A stretch of DNA of 64,000 bases, taken from the NCBI GenBank assembly GCA_963792585.1, contig CAWBWI010000001.1:1376001-1440000 (forward strand). Direction: 5' to 3'. Position numbers and translations under genes: made by a program. Positions 59,480 to 64,000 of the stretch are shown here, piece after piece. Position 1 is the stretch's first letter. Each line of letters starts with the position of its first letter. The notes under the pieces are model-generated. The model was given only the letters and a program-made list of their open reading frames with translations. It did no database searches and was not told the DNA's origin. This DNA is from Candidatus Eiseniibacteriota bacterium. Lineage in GTDB: Bacteria > Eisenbacteria > RBG-16-71-46 > CAIMUX01 > VGJL01.

Positions 59480-61389
59480 AGGCGCGCTCCGTCTGGATCC
59501 TGCTCGCCCTCGCGGCGGTCCTTCCCCATCTCGCAGCGCTCGGGAACGACTTCGTATTCGATGATCGCGGCGTCATCGTGCACAACGAGACGATCACGGG
59601 CTTCGACCTGCGTGGGATCTGGTCCAAACCCTATTGGCCGCAGTTCGCGAACACGAACCTCTACCGGCCTCTGACCAGCACGACCTTCGCGATCGACTGG
59701 AAGATCGGCGCTGGTCACGCCGACGTCTTCGTCGCGACCAATATCCTACTTCACCTGGCCACAACACTCGCCGCCTTCGCCCTCCTGCGCCGGATGATCC
59801 CCACCCGCCGCGGCATTGCCGTCGCCGCGGCGTTGATCTTCGCCGTCCACCCGATCCACGTGGAGGCGGTCGTAGGGATCGTCGGCCGGGCGGAGGTGCT
59901 GGCGGCGCTCTTCACTCTGCTCGGCTATCGGATCTGGCTCGACGCCGAGAGAGATCGCTCCACGGGGCGCACACTCCTCGCGGCGGGCCTCTGGTGCGCG
60001 GCGCTCCTTTCAAAGGAGAGCGCCCTGGCATTGCCGGTCATGCTCCTGGCCCACCGGATGGGCTTGTTCTCGCCGGCATCCGCAACCAGGCGATGGCGCG
60101 CGGTCGACATTGCATGGCCGGCGGTATTCGCCGGAGTGCTGATCCTCCGCGCAGCCGCGCTTGGAGGACTTGCCGCGCCGCGTGCTTCCAGAATCGACAA
60201 CCCTCTCGCCTTCGTGGGGCCGCTCCAGCGGGCGCTTGGGGCAGGCGGGGTCTTCGCGAGGCAGGGTCTCCAGATCCTGACCGGTCGGGGCTTCTCGGCG
60301 GACTATTCGTACGCGCAGGTGAATCCCGGGCCGACGCTCTACGCGCTCGGCGCCGTCTGCCTCATCCTGATCGCGGCCGCAACGGCATGGGCCCTCACGC
60401 GCGGCTGCCGGTACCCGGAAGGCTGGGGCGTCGCCTTCTTCATCTCCTTCTGGATCGCTACGAGCAACGTGTTGATGCCGATCGGGACGGTCCAGGCCGA
60501 TCGCCTGCTGTATCTACCCCTTCTGGGACTGGCGACCGCCATGGTGGCCCTGGTTTCACGTGTTCCCACCCGCTGGCGCCAAAGCCATGTCCTTCCCGTC
60601 ATCTTCGGAATCTGCATCCTGTCCTTCGCCGTCGCCTCCGCCCGCCGAACGTCCGACTGGAAGAGCGATCGAACCCTCTTCGAGTCGGCCCTTCGCGTGG
60701 CGCCCCGCAGCGTGAAGGTGCGATGCAATCTCTCCGCGGTGCTTCTCGCCGAGAAGAACCCGAACGCCGCGCGGCGCGTGCTGGGCCTCCTCGAGCCGAT
60801 CGCCGCCCGAGCGCGCGGTTTTGGCCCCTACCTGCACTGGCAGGGAAAAGCCTACCTCTTCCTCGGCGAATCCGAACGCGCACGCACGATCCTGCGCGAG
60901 TCCCTCGCGTCCCGCGCCGATTCGGCGGAGGTGCTCGTGGAGCTGGGCAACATCGCGATCGCCGAGGAAGACGGCTCGGAAGCCCTCGCCTGCTTCGACG
61001 CCGTTGCGCGCACGGGACGCCTGGACGAACACGCGCGGATCGGCCACGCTTCAGCCCTGGCGCTCCTCAGCCGATACGACGAAGCCGCGACCGCGTGGTT
61101 GCCGATCGTGGCCGCGCTGCCTGATTCGATCCCCGTGCGGTCGGCCTGCGCATGGAATCTCACCGAGGCGGGTCGTGTTGGGGAGGCCGCCGCCCTCGTT
61201 CGCGAAGGGCTCGCGCGACGTTCGGACCCAAGGCTCTGGACTGCGCTCGCGAGGGCCCTCATCGCCGGCGCCGGAACCCCGGCGGAGGCCCGCGATGCCG
61301 CCATCCGTGGCGGGTCGAGCGATGCCGATCTCATGAACGAAATCGATCGCGCGGTCCGGGGACTTCCGCCACTGGAATCCAAGGAATAG
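59476..61389 (+). CDS. TMTC-like (DUF1736) GT-C glycosyltransferase with C-terminal TPRs
   Basis: FVFDD..IVHN, YRPL, FAVHPIHVEAV..IVGRAE, LLSKE, DNP, SADYS, ADRLLYLP, W.SD.TLFES, then TPR repeats. Confidence 0.85.
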   Translation: MKARSVWILLALAAVLPHLAALGNDFVFDDRGVIVHNETITGFDLRGIWSKPYWPQFANTNLYRPLTSTTFAIDWKIGAGHADVFVATNILLHLATTLAAFALLRRMIPTRRGIAVAAALIFAVHPIHVEAVVGIVGRAEVLAALFTLLGYRIWLDAERDRSTGRTLLAAGLWCAALLSKESALALPVMLLAHRMGLFSPASATRRWRAVDIAWPAVFAGVLILRAAALGGLAAPRASRIDNPLAFVGPLQRALGAGGVFARQGLQILTGRGFSADYSYAQVNPGPTLYALGAVCLILIAAATAWALTRGCRYPEGWGVAFFISFWIATSNVLMPIGTVQADRLLYLPLLGLATAMVALVSRVPTRWRQSHVLPVIFGICILSFAVASARRTSDWKSDRTLFESALRVAPRSVKVRCNLSAVLLAEKNPNAARRVLGLLEPIAARARGFGPYLHWQGKAYLFLGESERARTILRESLASRADSAEVLVELGNIAIAEEDGSEALACFDAVARTGRLDEHARIGHASALALLSRYDEAATAWLPIVAALPDSIPVRSACAWNLTEAGRVGEAAALVREGLARRSDPRLWTALARALIAGAGTPAEARDAAIRGGSSDADLMNEIDRAVRGLPPLESKE

Positions 61390-61390
61390 A

Positions 61391-61427
61391 GGAAGCCGGA
61401 AAGGCCCATCAAGGCCCTCCCGGCTCC
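61391..61427. terminator. Imperfect hairpin between convergent genes
   Basis: AGCCGG...GGCC-catcaa-GGCC...CCGGCT inverted repeat with no clear U-tract. Confidence 0.35.
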
Positions 61428-61458
61428 GCTCAAGGGTTAGCCAGAAGATCGGGTCGAC

Positions 61459-62460
61459 CTACCGGAACAGAGACTTGATGACGCCCCAAGAGTTGTTCTG
61501 CGTCGGCACCGGCCTGCAGTACCAGTAGATGTCCGCCGAGTCGGCAGCGGCGGTGCAACGGTGTCCGGCACCGGCCCAGGAGGGATTCGTGAACTCGTTG
61601 TTCGAGCCGGCAGCACTATAGCGATCGTAGCAATAGCTCTCGGTCGCGTTCGAACAGTAGCGCGTGTTCTCATCCTGGAACAGCGCGTAGCAACAGGCCC
61701 CACACACGATCCCGGCACACGTCGTGTTGTCGCCCGCATAGGTTCCCTGATAGACCCCGTTAGGGCTCTCACAGGTGGCGGAGTCCAGGTTCTCGACACA
61801 AGTCCCCCATGACGTACAGCACGCGCCGCGAGCCGGAGGAATCGGGCAGGTGTTCGAGCCGGCCACACCCCATCGGACCGTTCCGAATCGGTCGACCACG
61901 TCCTCTATGGCCTCGCCGCCGCCAACCCCACCATCATCCACGAATCTCGCATCGCCGAGGGTGGGGTAGGCACCTGTCCCGAAGGTCGAGTTGCCGTCTA
62001 CCCCGATGACTGCGAACCAGTAGAACGGCCAGAAGTGCTCCGTCACGGGAGGCGAAAAGGACACGAGACTCCCGCGGGCCGCGTCTGGAAATCCATTTTC
62101 AGGCAACTCCTGCGAGAAGTTGGCCCCGCAGTGATCGGAATCCACTACATAACCCTGTCCCAGTGGGAGATTCGTATCGATCCCGAACTGGATCGCCGTT
62201 ACGGCGGGCTCGGCGCTCGCGTCAAACGCCGCTATGAACCAGATCACCGCTTCTTGCGCCTCGAACTCCTTGTTTGATTGCGTGACCAGCCCTGCACAAT
62301 CCGCCGGAATGGTGCTAACGCAATAATCCGCACCGAGTGTGTAAATGATGGCGTTGTCCGTGTGAACGAGCAGGGCGCCATTGTCGTTCTTGCCCGCCGA
62401 CGCTGGAGCACTGCAGATCACCGAGACTGCAAGCGCCCCGAGCAACATCCTCTTTACCAT
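61459..62460 (-). CDS. Secreted protein with two GACC Cys-rich repeats and C-terminal SWGVIKSLFR motif
   Basis: AAGGAGG RBS before ATG 62460, signal peptide MVKRMLLGALAVSVICSAPASA. N-domain paralogous to 62744..63892. Confidence 0.85.
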   Translation of the reverse strand: MVKRMLLGALAVSVICSAPASAGKNDNGALLVHTDNAIIYTLGADYCVSTIPADCAGLVTQSNKEFEAQEAVIWFIAAFDASAEPAVTAIQFGIDTNLPLGQGYVVDSDHCGANFSQELPENGFPDAARGSLVSFSPPVTEHFWPFYWFAVIGVDGNSTFGTGAYPTLGDARFVDDGGVGGGEAIEDVVDRFGTVRWGVAGSNTCPIPPARGACCTSWGTCVENLDSATCESPNGVYQGTYAGDNTTCAGIVCGACCYALFQDENTRYCSNATESYCYDRYSAAGSNNEFTNPSWAGAGHRCTAAADSADIYWYCRPVPTQNNSWGVIKSLFR

Positions 62461-62680
62461 GGAGATCCTCCTTCTTCCGGCAACCCACTGGCAGCGGCGA
62501 GAAAAGCCATTTCTGGACGATTTCCGCGCACAACCGCAGTGTCCGACTCGGCTACCCCTCGCTGCCGCGCCGGTTTCATACTCCTCGGCGGCAGTATCCG
62601 TCACCCGGGCGGACCCGTGCAACGGAAAAGTCGGCACTCCGCACTGCGTTCTTGATCGTCAAGTGGCCGGCCGGAGAACG

Positions 62681-62712
62681 AGAGAGCCCGCCCCTTGCGG
62701 GGCGGGCTCTCT
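62681..62712 (-). terminator. Perfect 14-bp hairpin downstream of the upstream Cys-rich gene
   Basis: AGAGAGCCCGCCCC-GCAA-GGGGCGGGCTCTCT (GNRA loop on the minus strand), 31 nt after the stop. Confidence 0.75.
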
Positions 62713-62743
62713 GTCAGGATCCACCGAAAGTCTGGTTTAGAGA

Positions 62744-63892
62744 CTAGCGGTAGTTGGCCTTGATCTGACCCCACGTAGCGTTCCGCGTAGGAACGATCGG
62801 GCAGGGGTTCGTAGGCTCACACGTCGAGTTGTCACCCTGGTACTGACCGTTCTGGCCGATGCACTCCGTCTCCGTCATGACCTGGCAGTGGCCCTGGTCA
62901 TCGAGGCAGCAGGCACCAGTCGCGGTCGGCGGCGGGCAGACGACCGTCTCGCACGTGGTGCCGGCACCCTGGGGGGCGCCGCCCTGCGCGGTGCAGTCGG
63001 CTGTCAGGATGAACTCGCAGTGGCCGTCCTGGAAGCAGCACGCCTCAGGAACAGGCGGGACGAAGCACAGGTTCGGGTCGCAGTCGCTCCCCGGGCCCTG
63101 CGCGGTACCACCGGCAAGCGCGCACTCCGTCGGGAGCACGAACGTGCAGGCGCCGCCCTCGAAGCAGCATGCCTCAGGCTGCTCGCACGGATTCGGATCG
63201 CAGACCGTGCCGTCGCCAAGGTACTGCCCCTGGCACGCACTCCGCGGGACCAACTGGCAGCTTCCATCCGGATAGCAGCAGGCACCCACAAGGGGTACCC
63301 CACCCGGGAAGTCGTTGTCACCCGTCCCGTCCCACCGGAGCGTACCGAAGTGGGTACAGAGGTCCTCGATGCCGGGGCTCGAGTCGTCAACGAACTTCGC
63401 CTCGTTGGTGCTCGGATAGGACCGAGTTCCGAAGTAAGCCGTTTCATCATCACGGGCCACAGCGAACCAGTAGATTGCATTGATGTGTTGGTTAATCGGG
63501 CCCGGGTAGGCAAGCACGGCGCCAAACCCGGTCTCCGGCCAACCGGTGTCATAAATCTCGAGGGGTCCATCACACGCCGCATAATCGGTGACGTATCCCA
63601 CGGGCAGGTTGTGTCGGATTCCAAACTGCACTGCGGTGACGCTTGGGCTCGCCTCTGGCAAGAAATACCAGAGTACCCAGATCATCTGCTCGCGGGCGAT
63701 TCCCTCGGTACCATTGGCATTGAAGCCAGTGCTATCCGTAGGCATCGCCGTTGCGCAGTAGTCCGCACCCAACGGCGTGTAGATCACGGCATCGTCGGTG
63801 TGAACGAGCAGGGCGCCATTCGCGTTGCGTCCCGCCGTCGCCGGGCTACAGATCAGGGCCAGAATGCCCAGCGCCAGTAGAAGTTTCTTCAT
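62744..63892 (-). CDS. Secreted protein with four [GE]ACC Cys-rich repeats and C-terminal TWGQIKANYR motif
   Basis: GGAGG RBS, signal peptide MKKLLLALGILALICSPATA, four 6-Cys repeats. Confidence 0.88.
   Translation of the reverse strand: MKKLLLALGILALICSPATAGRNANGALLVHTDDAVIYTPLGADYCATAMPTDSTGFNANGTEGIAREQMIWVLWYFLPEASPSVTAVQFGIRHNLPVGYVTDYAACDGPLEIYDTGWPETGFGAVLAYPGPINQHINAIYWFAVARDDETAYFGTRSYPSTNEAKFVDDSSPGIEDLCTHFGTLRWDGTGDNDFPGGVPLVGACCYPDGSCQLVPRSACQGQYLGDGTVCDPNPCEQPEACCFEGGACTFVLPTECALAGGTAQGPGSDCDPNLCFVPPVPEACCFQDGHCEFILTADCTAQGGAPQGAGTTCETVVCPPPTATGACCLDDQGHCQVMTETECIGQNGQYQGDNSTCEPTNPCPIVPTRNATWGQIKANYR
62801..63286 (-). repeat. Four tandem ~35-40 aa six-cysteine repeats ([GE]ACC-x5/6-C-x7-C-x10/13-C-x4/5-C)
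   Basis: GACCYPDGSC.., EACCFEGGAC.., EACCFQDGHC.., GACCLDDQGHC.., separated by Pro-rich linkers. Confidence 0.88.
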
Positions 63893-64000
63893 CGTGATTC
63901 GACCTCCCTAGCTAGCTAGCTGTCATACTCAAGTTTGCGTTGCTCCGACTCGCGCGTCTTGTCGGAGTTTGTACGAGACGTCCGTGCGTCTCCCCATCCA

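Overview
High-GC bacterial chromosome segment, mostly minus-strand operons. Gene content (PorX-type RR-PglZ next to tsaE, a C25/PorU-like protein, FlgD-Ig/T9SS-type C-terminal domains, proteins ending in [ST]WGxIK) suggests an FCB-superphylum candidate lineage such as Eisenbacteria or Latescibacteria; this is an inference. Core content: an LptD/OstA-like gene cut by the window edge, folC, accD, rimI, tsaB, tsaE, a PorX-like regulator with a histidine kinase, serS, a nucleotide-sugar block (GT4, epimerase, rfbB, rfbC, ugd), a pyr operon (pyrR-B-C-[TPR lipoprotein]-K-D-F), bcp, recO, DAHP synthase, the phoH-HDIG-ybeY-CBS cluster, NYN, aspS, vanZ, PTS IIA, a diguanylate cyclase, clpB and a PPIase. 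Accessory content: an FN3/propeller lipoprotein, a protein with 14 FG-GAP repeats, a 7-gene lipid-linked amino-sugar/GT-C locus and two paralogous Cys-rich secreted proteins. Frameshifts cluster at about 13.2-16.4, 35.7-39.6 and 54.6-56.3 kb and break essential genes, so they are probably long-read consensus errors. Best novelty candidates: (1) a small secreted Gly/Pro/Asp-rich 'GDPDD' precursor encoded directly upstream of a TPR + sigma54-type AAA+ activator, an RRNPP-like peptide-sensing layout, divergent from a diguanylate cyclase; (2) D-[S/T]-hydrophobic O-glycosylation sequons concentrated in exported proteins, including a tandem sequon array, plus two GT-C transferases; (3) a short C-terminal VPT-x3-[ST]WGxIK sorting-like motif on Cys-rich repeat proteins, coexisting with T9SS-type CTDs. 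No rRNA, tRNA, CRISPR array or mobile element was recognised.
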